Shown piece after piece: positions 48,869 through 59,073 of a stretch of 64,000 nucleotides of DNA. The first letter of the stretch is position 1. Each line of letters begins with the position of its first letter. Location: assembly GCA_900771995.1 (NCBI GenBank), contig CAAGQC010000007.1:2852-66851 (forward strand), given 5' to 3'. This DNA is from Lachnospiraceae bacterium (GTDB lineage Bacteria > Bacillota > Clostridia > Lachnospirales > Lachnospiraceae). Made by a program: the position numbers and the translations under genes. The notes beneath the pieces were generated by a model, which was given only the letters and a program-made list of their open reading frames with translations, had not been told where the DNA came from and made no database searches.

Positions 48869-48897
48869 ACTATAACACCTATATATTAGTCTGTCAA
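48869..48897 (-). promoter_or_regulatory. Sigma-A promoter of hsp20
   Basis: TTGACA-N17-TATAGT with extended TG. Confidence 0.7.
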
Positions 48898-48940
48898 TTA
48901 AGGAAAAATTATATAATTATAAATTAAAAATAAACAGTAA

Positions 48941-48984
48941 AAAAGACCGGAGCACTGCGATCCACAGTACTCCGGTCTTTATTT
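48941..48984 (-). terminator. Terminator after lipoprotein gene
   Basis: AAAGACCGGAG...CTCCGGTCTTT. Confidence 0.75.
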
Positions 48985-49005
48985 CACTAAATAGTATGGT
49001 TGATG

Positions 49006-49581
49006 CTATTTATCTTTTGCGGTAAAGAATACGAAGAATACATCTCCCTCAGTATCATTGGAGAACTGCTCCAGATAAGAGATGGAATAATCCTTGGAAT
49101 CTTCCGGTACTTCAAATACCAGCAGGCCGGTTCTCTCGTCGTTGACGCCCAGATCATACTCTTCCGGCAACTGCTCGTCGCTTACGGTGTTACCGTAGTA
49201 GGTAATAGGTGCATCATATGCGTCATCGTTATCGTCATCGCCCCACTGAATCTGGAAATCGGTATCGTACATGGTAACGGTAGAACGATCGGTATTTTTA
49301 ATGGTTACTTCTGCAACTAACAGCTTGTTTCCTTCGGAAGGAGTATATCCTTCGTACTCGCTGCAGGTATATGCACTGTTTACAGTGTAGTTGAAGAAAT
49401 AAGTCTTCATGACATCTCCGATACGTCCTTCTGCATAACCGTCATCGTCTGCGGTTACCACATTGCTGCCGCTGTCAGAAGATCCTCCGACAATGTTCTG
49501 AATGGCGCTGTCTACAGGGCCACAGGCTGTCAGGCTGAATGCCAACATGGTTGCTGCAATAATTCCAACAATTTTTTTCAT
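49006..49581 (-). CDS. DUF4352-like lipoprotein
   Basis: LTAC lipobox; P.EGN....A.VTIKN, G.LVFEVP. Confidence 0.8.
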   Translation of the reverse strand: MKKIVGIIAATMLAFSLTACGPVDSAIQNIVGGSSDSGSNVVTADDDGYAEGRIGDVMKTYFFNYTVNSAYTCSEYEGYTPSEGNKLLVAEVTIKNTDRSTVTMYDTDFQIQWGDDDNDDAYDAPITYYGNTVSDEQLPEEYDLGVNDERTGLLVFEVPEDSKDYSISYLEQFSNDTEGDVFFVFFTAKDK

Positions 49582-49700
49582 TTTCTTTCTCCCTCTCATA
49601 AACCCTTATTGTACATGCAGTCATCTGCACGCCAAGCCAGTATAACACACAAAATGACAGTTTGCAACGCTTTATCACACTACTTTGTGAATGTAAGCGC

Positions 49701-50165
49701 TTACTCTCTGGTTAATCGAAGAATTACTTCCCTGTGTTCCGGGTATTTTTCCAGCAGATCCTTCCGGTCGAACAGTTCAAACTCTTCATATTTAAAGCAG
49801 GGCGATACCATACAGCCCACTAGACTGAAACCTTCTTCCTCCATGGCAGAACCGAAGATCATTCCCTTCGGCACCAGTATCTGCGGAACCTCGCCCTTTT
49901 CCAGATCCAGTCCCAGCTTCGCCGCCGTAAGCTTCCCCTTCTCATCGATCATATAGATTGTCAGGGCATTGCCATCATGGTAATACCATACCTCGTCCGA
50001 TTTCAGACGATGAAAATGGGACACTTCCCCTTTAGCCAGCATAAAATAGATACTGCTCCACAGATTCCTCTCTTCTTTTTCCAACAGACATTCCTTGAAA
50101 TAACCACCCTCCACATGGGGCTCCATTTCCAGATGCTCTATATAATATTCCGCTGAATGCTTCAT
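49701..50165 (-). CDS. Cupin superfamily (DUF985) protein
   Basis: PH.EGGYF.E, SIYF.L, S.FHRL.SDE.W, VGC.VSP.F. Confidence 0.9.
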   Translation of the reverse strand: MKHSAEYYIEHLEMEPHVEGGYFKECLLEKEERNLWSSIYFMLAKGEVSHFHRLKSDEVWYYHDGNALTIYMIDEKGKLTAAKLGLDLEKGEVPQILVPKGMIFGSAMEEEGFSLVGCMVSPCFKYEEFELFDRKDLLEKYPEHREVILRLTRE

Positions 50166-50269
50166 ACTCTTATCCCTCCGGCTATTTTCTTTTCTACCAA
50201 ATTAGTGTATACTATGCAGAGAAAAAGCGCAATTATTAACCTGAAAGATTGTGCGGAATGGAGAATATC

Positions 50270-50749
50270 ATGGAAAAAATAGCTAGCTTCACCATTGACC
50301 ATATCAAGCTTCAGCCCGGTGTCTATGTATCCCGTAAGGATCACATCGGCGCAGAGGTCATCACCACCTTCGATCTGCGTATGACCAGCCCCAATGAAGA
50401 ACCGGTGATGAATACTGCGGAAGTACACACCATCGAGCATCTTGGTGCGACTTTCCTGCGCAATCATCCGGAATATAAGGACAAGACCGTCTACTTCGGC
50501 CCCATGGGATGCCGCACCGGCTTCTATCTGCTGCTGGCCGGAGATCTCTCTTCTAAGGATATCGTTCCTCTGATGGTGGAAATGTTCGAGTTCATCCGGG
50601 ATTACAAGGGTGAGGTTCCCGGTGCTTCTCCCAAAGACTGCGGCAACTATCTGGATATGAATCTGGGTATGGCCAACTATCTGGCAAAGCGTTATCTGGA
50701 TAACGTGCTGTACGGCATTGATGACAGCCGTCTGGTATATCCGGAATAA
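50270..50749 (+). CDS. luxS: S-ribosylhomocysteine lyase
   Basis: SFTIDH, HTIEH, GPMGCRTGFY, CGNY. Confidence 0.97.
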   Translation: MEKIASFTIDHIKLQPGVYVSRKDHIGAEVITTFDLRMTSPNEEPVMNTAEVHTIEHLGATFLRNHPEYKDKTVYFGPMGCRTGFYLLLAGDLSSKDIVPLMVEMFEFIRDYKGEVPGASPKDCGNYLDMNLGMANYLAKRYLDNVLYGIDDSRLVYPE

Positions 50750-50799
50750 TCCGCAGGCATCATAGATTATATTATTGTAGGAAAGAACAGGAAAAACAC

Positions 50800-51498
50800 A
50801 TGAAAAAAATCGGAATCATCGGTGCCATGGAGCTGGAAGTAGAGACCCTCAAAGCTCACATGACCACCGCCAATATCACCACCAAGGCAAATATGGAATT
50901 TCACGAGGGTACCCTGAACGGTACTCCCGTAGTTATCGTCCGCAGCGGTGTCGGCAAAGTCAATGCCGCTCTCTGCGTACAGATCCTGGCCGACCTCTTC
51001 CAGGTCACTGCCATCATCAATACCGGCGTAGCAGGCTCCTTAAATGCCTCTCTGGACATCGGAGATATCCTGATCTCCAAAGATGCCCTGCACCACGATG
51101 TGGATGCCACCATTTTCGGTTACAAGCCCGGCGAAGTTCCTCAGCTGGGATGCCGGGAATTCCCTGCCGATGAGCATCTGATCGAAGTTGCTGCCAGCAC
51201 CTGTCAGGAAGTCAATCCCGACATTCACGTTCATACCGGACGCGTGGTCAGCGGCGACCAGTTCATTTCCAGCAAAGAGGTCAAGGAGCGCCTGATCAAA
51301 GAGTTCCAGGGGGACTGTGCCGAGATGGAAGGTGCTTCCATCGCCCACGGCGCTTACTTAAACGGCATTCCTTTCGTCATCATCCGTGCCATTTCCGACA
51401 AGGCCGATGACAGCGCCGAGATGGACTATCCTACATTTGAAAAGGCTGCCGCACTACACTCCGCCAAACTGGTAGAGGCTATGATGCCCCGGATCTGA
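50800..51498 (+). CDS. mtnN: 5'-methylthioadenosine/S-adenosylhomocysteine nucleosidase
   Basis: IGIIGAM..E, GVGKVNA, INTGVAG, SGDQF, EMEGA, RAISD. Confidence 0.95.
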   Translation: MKKIGIIGAMELEVETLKAHMTTANITTKANMEFHEGTLNGTPVVIVRSGVGKVNAALCVQILADLFQVTAIINTGVAGSLNASLDIGDILISKDALHHDVDATIFGYKPGEVPQLGCREFPADEHLIEVAASTCQEVNPDIHVHTGRVVSGDQFISSKEVKERLIKEFQGDCAEMEGASIAHGAYLNGIPFVIIRAISDKADDSAEMDYPTFEKAAALHSAKLVEAMMPRI

Positions 51499-51577
51499 TC
51501 CGGACAGCTGCGTATTGATTGAGAAATAATGCCTGCTGCACAGACTCTGCAGGTAACAGAAAGGCATGATCCTTAAC

Positions 51578-52612
51578 ATGAAAAAAGAAAAGAAATACAT
51601 CGAATATATTTTAAAACAGGCCGAAGCCCTGCTGGCTATCGACAGCCCCTCCGGTTTCACCGAAAAGGTAACAGATTATCTCTGTGAAGAATACAAACGC
51701 CTCGGCTACAAGCCGGTCAAGACCAAAAAGGGCGGCGTCCTCGTAGAGATCGGCGGTAAGGGCAATGCAATCCTGACCATGGCTCATGTAGATACTCTGG
51801 GCGGTATGGTCGCAGAGATCAAGAGCAACGGCCGTCTCCGTCTGACCAAAGTCGGCGGCCTGAATGCCAACAATATTGAGACCGAGAACTGCCGGATCTA
51901 CACACTGGAGGGCAAAGTATACGACGGCACCGTACAGCTGACGGATGCCTCCATCCATGTCAATGGCGATTACCAGAAGTCCGAGCGTACCTTCGATTCT
52001 GTGGAAGTCCTGCTGGATGAAAAGGTTTCTTCCAAGGAAGAGGTCAAAGCCCTGGGGATCGAGAACGGTTCTTTCGTCTGCATGGATCCCCGGACCCGTA
52101 TCACGGAATCCGGTTACATCAAGAGCCGTTTTCTGGATGACAAGCTCAGCACCGCTATTTTACTGGGCTTTGCAAAATATGTAAAAGACGAGGATCTGAA
52201 GCTGTCCCGTAAGGTCTATCAGCACATTACCGTCTTCGAGGAAGTTGGCCACGGCGCCTGTGCTTCTGCTCCGGAAGATGTGGAAGAACTACTGTCCGTA
52301 GATATGGGCTGCGTTGGAGATGGTCTGGAATGCACGGATCGTCAGGTATCCATCTGCGTGAAGGACGGCCACGGCCCTTATCATTATGACGTGGTCAAAG
52401 GACTGATTCAGGCAGCAAAGGAGAATCACGTCGACTACGCTGCAGATGTCTATCCCTACTACGGCTCCGATGCTGATGCCGCATTAAGCGCCGGTATTGA
52501 CGCAAGACACGGACTCATCGGCCCCGGAGTATACGCTTCCCACGGATACGAGCGTTCCCACAAGGATGCCGTTGCTGCAACACTGGAATTATTGAAAGCT
52601 TATCTGGCATAA
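51578..52612 (+). CDS. M42 family metallopeptidase
   Basis: SPSG, AHVD, LDDK, EEVG, SHGYER. Confidence 0.92.
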   Translation: MKKEKKYIEYILKQAEALLAIDSPSGFTEKVTDYLCEEYKRLGYKPVKTKKGGVLVEIGGKGNAILTMAHVDTLGGMVAEIKSNGRLRLTKVGGLNANNIETENCRIYTLEGKVYDGTVQLTDASIHVNGDYQKSERTFDSVEVLLDEKVSSKEEVKALGIENGSFVCMDPRTRITESGYIKSRFLDDKLSTAILLGFAKYVKDEDLKLSRKVYQHITVFEEVGHGACASAPEDVEELLSVDMGCVGDGLECTDRQVSICVKDGHGPYHYDVVKGLIQAAKENHVDYAADVYPYYGSDADAALSAGIDARHGLIGPGVYASHGYERSHKDAVAATLELLKAYLA

Positions 52613-52631
52613 CAGAGAACAACATGCACAG

Positions 52632-52683
52632 AAAAAGCAGTCCGAATACCGGCAGATTTCCTGCCGTTTCCGGGCTGCTTTTG
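52632..52683. terminator. Long bidirectional hairpin
   Basis: AAAAGCAGTCCG..CGGCAG..CTGCCG..CGGGCTGCTTTT. Confidence 0.65.
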
Positions 52684-52707
52684 TGTTACTTTCTCATATC
52701 GATATAT

Positions 52708-53160
52708 TTATTTGGTCTCTTCCGCTTTGCCGTCTTTTTTCTTGTTGAATACGAACAGCTTACTGAAGACATAGTTGCCGATGATGACCAGAACTGCGGA
52801 GATCAGGGTTGCTACCAGCAGATTTACGCCGATTGCGGTCAGTACCTGCATCACTACCATATCCAGGATCAGTGTGGATACTCTGGAGAGTACGAATTTC
52901 GGTGCCTCCGACAGCATCGGGGCATTACTCTTGAATACGAATCTGCGGTTGGTAAAATATGCGAAAATAACACCCGCCGTCCAGTTGATAATACTTAATA
53001 CGATGTTCTGGAAGGGTGTGGGGTACATTGTGTTGTCAAATAGCAGGAAGTTTGCCAGGAATTTTGCTGCCCAGGATACAACCGTGGTCAGTCCGCCTAC
53101 AATCAGGTATGCAATGATCTCTTCGTACTTGACCCACAGTGCCTTTATTTTTTCTACCAT
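52708..53160 (-). CDS. GtrA family membrane protein
   Basis: YLIVGGLTT, FAY.TNR.FVF, NYVFSKLFVF. Confidence 0.9.
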   Translation of the reverse strand: MVEKIKALWVKYEEIIAYLIVGGLTTVVSWAAKFLANFLLFDNTMYPTPFQNIVLSIINWTAGVIFAYFTNRRFVFKSNAPMLSEAPKFVLSRVSTLILDMVVMQVLTAIGVNLLVATLISAVLVIIGNYVFSKLFVFNKKKDGKAEETK

Positions 53161-53353
53161 ATTGTTCCTCATTTCTCTGTGCTTGAATTAACGAAACTAT
53201 TCTGAATAGTTAACTACAGATAACAAATATACACAAATATCCACTGAAATGCAAGCATTCCAAAGACATTTGTGTATATGCTATCCACTATTTATGAAAT
53301 TCTACATCTCACCTGATATACGTTTGCTTCGTTGACACGCAGCTTTTGCAATC

Positions 53354-54316
53354 TTACAAATTTACTACATTCCTGTTCTCACCGCGCATGAATGCCTTAA
53401 TGTTCTCATAGACACCCTGCACACAGCGGGTACGGGCTTCCACACTGGCCCATGCCAGATGCGGTGTAATGATCAGCTTGTTGCTGTCCTTTAATTCGCT
53501 TAAAGGATTGGACAGTTCCAACGGTTCCTTCTCCAGAACATCCAGGCCTGCTGCCTGAATTTCTCCTGCCACCAGTGCTTCGTAGAGATCCGTATTGTTT
53601 ACTACGGGACCTCTCGCCACATTGATGAGGATCGCCGTTTTCTTCATTTTCCGGAGAGCTACCTTGTCAATAAAATTGCGGGACAGGTCGCTCAGCGGAC
53701 AATGCAGGGACAGGAAATCACTCTCTCTTAACAGAGTCTCCTTGTCCACCTGCGGATAATCCGTACAGGTGCTCTTACCGGTGATGGAATAGAAGATTAC
53801 CTTACAGCCGAAAGCGGTTGCGATGGCTGCCGCTCTCCTGCCGATATTCCCCATTCCTACAATGCCCCAGGTCTTGCCTTCCAATTCATAAAAAGGCCGG
53901 TCAAAGTTGGAAAAGCGATCCTGTGCACTGTAAGCGCCGGACTTCACATAAGTGTCATAATACGGAAGCTTCTGGCTTAGAGCCAGTGCCAACGCAAAGG
54001 TATGCTGCGCTACCATAGCAGTGGAATAATCCACCACATTGGCCACCTTGATCCCTCTGGACTTACAATATTCCAGATCACAGTTGTCATATCCGGTGGC
54101 AAGCTCACAGATCAGCTTCACATTGGGACAGTCCTTCAGGGATTCTTCCCGCATGGGTGCCTTGTTGCAGACGATGACATCCGCATCTCCCACACGCTCT
54201 GCTACTTCTGCCGCGGTAACCGTGTTGGGGTAGCTGGTCACTTCTCCCAGTTCGTTAAAACAGTCCACCGGCACATCCGTGCCGGCGCTGTTTCTCTCCA
54301 GTAAAACTATTTTCAT
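53354..54316 (-). CDS. D-2-hydroxyacid dehydrogenase (glycerate dehydrogenase-like)
   Basis: ATGYDN, G.GNIG, LHCPL, INVARG, TPH.AW. Confidence 0.93.
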   Translation of the reverse strand: MKIVLLERNSAGTDVPVDCFNELGEVTSYPNTVTAAEVAERVGDADVIVCNKAPMREESLKDCPNVKLICELATGYDNCDLEYCKSRGIKVANVVDYSTAMVAQHTFALALALSQKLPYYDTYVKSGAYSAQDRFSNFDRPFYELEGKTWGIVGMGNIGRRAAAIATAFGCKVIFYSITGKSTCTDYPQVDKETLLRESDFLSLHCPLSDLSRNFIDKVALRKMKKTAILINVARGPVVNNTDLYEALVAGEIQAAGLDVLEKEPLELSNPLSELKDSNKLIITPHLAWASVEARTRCVQGVYENIKAFMRGENRNVVNL

Positions 54317-54339
54317 CTTAAGTACCTTTCCGATCTGTC

Positions 54340-54412
54340 GTAACTATTCATCCCTTCGCAAAATCACGCTTTCAGAGTTTTGCTTTTGCCTGCGCAGGCT
54401 CTGAACAATTAC
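54340..54412. repeat. Short MITE/REP-like element with GTAACTATTCA terminal inverted repeats
   Basis: Left GTAACTATTCA, right TGAACAATTAC (9/11 to the perfect complement), internal GCCTGCGCAGGC palindrome. Confidence 0.55.
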
Positions 54413-55758
54413 AGTCTCTTCAGCAGTTCTTCTCTCTGTGCCTCGTAACCGGGCTTGCCAAGCAGAGCGAACATGTTCTTCTTGTAGCTTTCCACACCGG
54501 GCTGGTTGAAAGGATTTACGCCCAGCAGATAGCCGCTGACACCGCAGGCAAACTCAAAGAAGTAGAACAGTTCACCAAGGTAGAACTCGTTTACTTCGGG
54601 AACTGTTACCATGAAATTGGGAACCTGACCGTCGGTATGTGCCAGAATGGTTCCGTTCATAGCGCTCTTATTAACGAAATCAACGGTCTTGCCTGCCAGA
54701 TAGTTCAGACCATCCAGATCCACAGGCTCCTCGCCGATGGTAAGCTCCTCTCTCGGAGTCTCAATGTTGATAACAGTCTCGAACATTACACGGGAACCGT
54801 CCTGAATGAACTGACCCATGGAATGCAGATCGGTGGTCAGATCCACGCTTGCGGGGAACAGGCCTTTGTTGTCCTTACCTTCGCTCTCGCCGAACAGCTG
54901 CTTCCACCACTCACTTACATAGTGAACAGCGGGCTCATAGTTCGCCAGAATCTCCACGCTCTTGCCCTTGCGCAGTAAGATGTTACGCAGCGCTGCATAT
55001 TGTAAAGCATCGTTCTCTTCGAAATCGTTCTCCAGTGCACGCTTTCTTCCGCTGGCTGCACCTTCCATCAATTTATCGATATCCGCACCGCTGACAGCGA
55101 TAGGCAGCAGACCTACAGCGGTCAGTACAGAGAAACGTCCTCCTACATCATCGGGTACTACGAAGGTCTCGTAACCTTCCTCATCAGACAGATGCTTTAA
55201 GCTTCCCTTTGCCTTATCGGTGGTAGCATAAATTCTCTCTGCCGCACCCTTTTTGCCGTATTTTGCTTCCAGCTTCTCCTTGAAAACACGGAAAGCGATG
55301 GCAGGTTCGGTGGTGGTGCCGGACTTGGAAATCATATTGATGGAGAAATCTCTGTCGCCTACTACATCCATCAGATGCTTCAGATAGGTGGAGCTGATGG
55401 AGTTACCGCAGAAGTAGATCTCCGGAGTCTTCCGTACACTCTTATCCAGTACATTGTAGAAGCTGTGGCTTAAGAACTCGATAGCTGCTCTGGCTCCCAG
55501 ATAGGAACCACCGATACCGATGACTAACAGTACGTCGGAATCGCTCTGGATCTTCTTTGCTGCTGCCTTGATGCGGGCAAACTCTTCCTTGTCGTAATCG
55601 ACGGGAAGGTCGATCCAGCCCAGGAAATCATTGCCTGCACCGGTCTTGGACACCAGGGTCTCCTTCGCATCCAGGGTAAGCTTCTTCATGTAACCGATCT
55701 CTTCCTCAGAGATAAAAGAGCCGGCCTTGGAATAATCAAATGTAACTTGTTTGCTCAT
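54409..55758 (-). CDS. pgi: Glucose-6-phosphate isomerase
   Basis: [49 protein letters not shown]. Confidence 0.97.
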   Translation of the reverse strand: MSKQVTFDYSKAGSFISEEEIGYMKKLTLDAKETLVSKTGAGNDFLGWIDLPVDYDKEEFARIKAAAKKIQSDSDVLLVIGIGGSYLGARAAIEFLSHSFYNVLDKSVRKTPEIYFCGNSISSTYLKHLMDVVGDRDFSINMISKSGTTTEPAIAFRVFKEKLEAKYGKKGAAERIYATTDKAKGSLKHLSDEEGYETFVVPDDVGGRFSVLTAVGLLPIAVSGADIDKLMEGAASGRKRALENDFEENDALQYAALRNILLRKGKSVEILANYEPAVHYVSEWWKQLFGESEGKDNKGLFPASVDLTTDLHSMGQFIQDGSRVMFETVINIETPREELTIGEEPVDLDGLNYLAGKTVDFVNKSAMNGTILAHTDGQVPNFMVTVPEVNEFYLGELFYFFEFACGVSGYLLGVNPFNQPGVESYKKNMFALLGKPGYEAQREELLKRL

Positions 55759-55915
55759 AATGCTCCTCCTTATATCTTGCAGATATATCACGCATTCTTG
55801 CGTTACTTACTTAAAAAATCCGTTTTTATTTTAACAAAGTTACATTCTATTTTCAAGACATATCTATCGATCTGAAAATGTTTTCTGGATTCTTACGGAT
55901 GTCCGGCATTTTCCA

Positions 55916-56734
55916 TTATACCGTCAGCAGTTCCTGAAGCAATGCCTGTAGTTCTTCCTCCGTAACTCTGGCGGGATCCTCCGGTCTCTTTGGCAGCACT
56001 TTTTCTTCCGGCTTTTCCTGCGCCGCATTTTCTGTGGAAAATGCCTCTCTGTCCAGGTTGTCCGCCTCATCCTCTGGCTGCGCCGTCCGGCCGCGGATTG
56101 GCATCAGTTCCACCGTCCGTCTGCCGGAAGTCCGCTGCCTTCTTCCCGCTTTTCCGCCATTTGCAACCTCTTCTCCCAGGCTTCCCGGCCCGTACAGTCT
56201 CTCGTAGTCCTGCTCCGTGACAGAGATCCGGCCCGACAGATGATTTTCCAGATAATCAATGAGGTTCGTCTTCAGCACCCTGCGCTTTCCCTTGATATCC
56301 ACCATGGCTGACAGGGAAAAATAGAGATACATCCCTAAGAAGCTTACTATGTAAAAAGGCAGGATCTCCCCCAGCATCCTTCCGTCCATGATTCCCTTGC
56401 AGATCCCGACACCGGCGAACACGACGGAAAACAGCATGCACTGACCGGACAGATGGTACCAGGCATCAAAGGACAAATGTCCGAAGGTCAGACGGTTCAG
56501 GAACTTGTCCACAAACACCGGGATATTTGCTACTCTGCCATTTAACTGATAGCAATTTGCGAATTTCACTTTGCATTGTTTCAGCAGGCGGTTATTGGTC
56601 GTCGCCATATTATCCGTCTCTTTTATCATCGTATGGTAGAATCCTGCCAACAGCAGCCGCACCAGTATACTGAGTCCCAAAAACACCAGAATCCCGGCCG
56701 TGATCACCTTTTCTTCCTTGAAAATCGTAAACAT
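55916..56734 (-). CDS. Hypothetical membrane protein
   Basis: Three hydrophobic segments and an acidic, low-complexity C-terminal tail. Confidence 0.75.
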   Translation of the reverse strand: MFTIFKEEKVITAGILVFLGLSILVRLLLAGFYHTMIKETDNMATTNNRLLKQCKVKFANCYQLNGRVANIPVFVDKFLNRLTFGHLSFDAWYHLSGQCMLFSVVFAGVGICKGIMDGRMLGEILPFYIVSFLGMYLYFSLSAMVDIKGKRRVLKTNLIDYLENHLSGRISVTEQDYERLYGPGSLGEEVANGGKAGRRQRTSGRRTVELMPIRGRTAQPEDEADNLDREAFSTENAAQEKPEEKVLPKRPEDPARVTEEELQALLQELLTV

Positions 56735-56950
56735 AACCCGCGCTCCTTTCTCTCGCTTCTTTATAGTATAACGTATATATATCTTATTTTGTACGTTTTT
56801 CCATCGTCATTCTTCTACATTGTCAGACAAAAAAAGTGCTTCCCTTACATTTTTATAGTTAAGAAAACCTCTCGCATATTATTGTATAAATGTCGGAAAT
56901 CTGCTATAATCACTCCTTAGAAATTTAATTTGAAAAGGACGGTTTTACAT

Positions 56951-57193
56951 ATGATATACAAGACAAAGGGTACTTGTTCCACTTCGATTGACGTAGAATT
57001 AAAGGATGGTGTCATTGATTCCGTAAAATTCACCGGCGGATGCAACGGTAATCTGCAGGGAATCAGTGCTCTGGTAAAAGGAATGAAGCCGGAAGAGGCC
57101 ATCAGCCGCCTCAAGGGAATCCGCTGCGGTTTCAAGCCTACCTCATGTCCCGACCAGCTGGCTCATGCCCTGGAGGAAATGATCGCAAAATAA
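56951..57193 (+). CDS. TIGR03905 family TSCPD-domain protein
   Basis: GTCS, GGC.GNL, GI.CG..PTSCPDQL. Confidence 0.92.
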   Translation: MIYKTKGTCSTSIDVELKDGVIDSVKFTGGCNGNLQGISALVKGMKPEEAISRLKGIRCGFKPTSCPDQLAHALEEMIAK

Positions 57194-57218
57194 TCTTACC
57201 GACAAGAAGGATTTTATT

Positions 57219-58298
57219 ATGAAAAAGATCGTATTGACCGGCGGCGGAACTGCCGGACACGTCACACCCAATATTGCTTTATTACCGGCATTACAGGCCG
57301 CCGGATACGAGATCTCTTATGTCGGTTCCTATGAAGGCATCGAGAAAAAGCTGATCGCTGATTTCAATATTCCCTACACGGGAATCTCCACCGGTAAATT
57401 CCGCAGATACCTGGACCCGAAGAACTTCTCCGATCCTTTTCGTGTCATGAAGGGGTTTGTGGAGGCAAGAAACTATCTGAAAAATTATCAGCCGGATGTC
57501 GTCTTCTCCAAGGGCGGCTTTGTCAGCGTCCCGGTAGTGCGTGCTGCGGCTTCCCTGCATATCCCCTGCATCATCCATGAATCGGATATGACACCGGGAC
57601 TGGCCAACAAGCTGTGCATCCCCGTAGCGGAAAAGGTGTGCTGTAATTTCCCGGAAACCATGAAAAATATCCCGGCAGACAAGGCCGTCCTCACCGGTTC
57701 CCCCATTCGTGCAGAACTGGCACAGGGCAGTAAACTGGCCGGACTGAATATGTGCGGCTTCACCGCCAACAAGCCCGTGATCATGGTCATCGGCGGAAGT
57801 CTGGGCGCAGCCAATGTGAACAAGGCTGTCCGGGATGCTCTGCCGAAGCTGTTAGAGGATTTTCAGATAGTCCATCTCTGCGGCAAGGACAAGATCGACA
57901 ACCTACTGTTAAATACCCCCGGATATAAACAGTTCGAATATATCAAATCGGAATTAAAGGACATTTTCGCCATGGCTGACGTGGTGATCTCCCGTGCCGG
58001 AGCCAACGCCATCTGCGAACTTCTGGCGCTGAAGAAGCCCAATATTCTGATCCCCCTGCCTGCTGCCAGCAGCCGCGGAGACCAGCTGCTGAACGCCGCT
58101 TCCTTCGAGGCGCAGGGTTATTCCATTGTGCTCAATGAGGATGACATTACGACGAATCTGCTGGTGGATAAAGTACACGAGCTGTACTTCAACCGCCAGA
58201 AATATGTGGAAGCCATGAGCCGCAGCCACCAGATGGACGCCATCAACACGATCATGGCGCTGATCAATGAGGCGGCAAACAAAAGTCATAAGCAGTAA
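57219..58298 (+). CDS. murG: Undecaprenyldiphospho-muramoylpentapeptide beta-N-acetylglucosaminyltransferase
   Basis: TGGGTAGH, KGGFVS.P, HESD..PGLAN, GGSLGA, SRAGA, DQ..NA. Confidence 0.96.
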   Translation: MKKIVLTGGGTAGHVTPNIALLPALQAAGYEISYVGSYEGIEKKLIADFNIPYTGISTGKFRRYLDPKNFSDPFRVMKGFVEARNYLKNYQPDVVFSKGGFVSVPVVRAAASLHIPCIIHESDMTPGLANKLCIPVAEKVCCNFPETMKNIPADKAVLTGSPIRAELAQGSKLAGLNMCGFTANKPVIMVIGGSLGAANVNKAVRDALPKLLEDFQIVHLCGKDKIDNLLLNTPGYKQFEYIKSELKDIFAMADVVISRAGANAICELLALKKPNILIPLPAASSRGDQLLNAASFEAQGYSIVLNEDDITTNLLVDKVHELYFNRQKYVEAMSRSHQMDAINTIMALINEAANKSHKQ

Positions 58299-58326
58299 TG
58301 TCATGTATTGATTGAGGGGAATTATT

Positions 58327-59073
58327 TTGAAAGGATTATTGGAAATCTGCTGCGGCAGCTTCGAAGATGTGAAAACCGCCTGGCAAAATGGTGCAGACCG
58401 GGTAGAGCTTAACAGTGCACTGTATCTGGGTGGTCTCACACCTTCTACGGCCAATCTGATCTGTGCAAAAGAGCAGTGCAGCATCCCTATTGTAACAATG
58501 GTCCGTCCAAGAGGAGGCGGCTTCTGCTATTCACAGGATGAATACGAGACCATGCTCTTAGATGCCCGCATACTTTTAGAGCACGGAGCTTACGGTATTG
58601 CTTTCGGCTTCCTGACAGAGGACCATGCCATCCATAGGAACCGGACACAGGAAATGATCGACCTCATCCATAGCGCCGGAAAAGAAGCTGTATTTCACCG
58701 GGCGTTTGATTGTGTTGCACAACAGGAACGTGCGGTGGAAGCATTAATCTCCCTTGGCGCGGACCGGATTCTCACCAGCGGTGGCGCACCTGATGTATGG
58801 TCGGGAAGAACGCAATTGCAAAAGCTGCAAAGCCAATACGGTAAAGAAATCACATTTTTAGCAGGAAGCGGCGTGAATGCACAAAATGTAAAAGCTCTGA
58901 TGGAATATACGAGGATAGAGCAGGTTCATACATCCTGCAGAAACTGGCAGCCGGATGTGACTGCCTCCCTGCAGGACGTGGACTTCTCTTATGATATAAG
59001 CCGAAAGAATGCATATGAAGCAGTAGATGCCGTAAAGATAAAGGAAATGCGGGCAGCAATGCCTATATTGTGA
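58327..59073 (+). CDS. cutC: CutC copper homeostasis family protein
   Basis: LEIC, DRVELN..L..GGLTPS, MVRPRGG.F.Y, FHRAFD, RILTSG. Confidence 0.92.
   Translation: MKGLLEICCGSFEDVKTAWQNGADRVELNSALYLGGLTPSTANLICAKEQCSIPIVTMVRPRGGGFCYSQDEYETMLLDARILLEHGAYGIAFGFLTEDHAIHRNRTQEMIDLIHSAGKEAVFHRAFDCVAQQERAVEALISLGADRILTSGGAPDVWSGRTQLQKLQSQYGKEITFLAGSGVNAQNVKALMEYTRIEQVHTSCRNWQPDVTASLQDVDFSYDISRKNAYEAVDAVKIKEMRAAMPIL

Noticed and set aside
48880..48915. CIRCE element upstream of hsp20
   Set aside because: TTAGTCTGTC...GAAAAATTA is too far from TTAGCACTC-N9-GAGTGCTAA
58327..59073. cutC as choline TMA-lyase
   Set aside because: This is the 250-aa TIM-barrel copper-homeostasis CutC, not the glycyl radical enzyme of the same name
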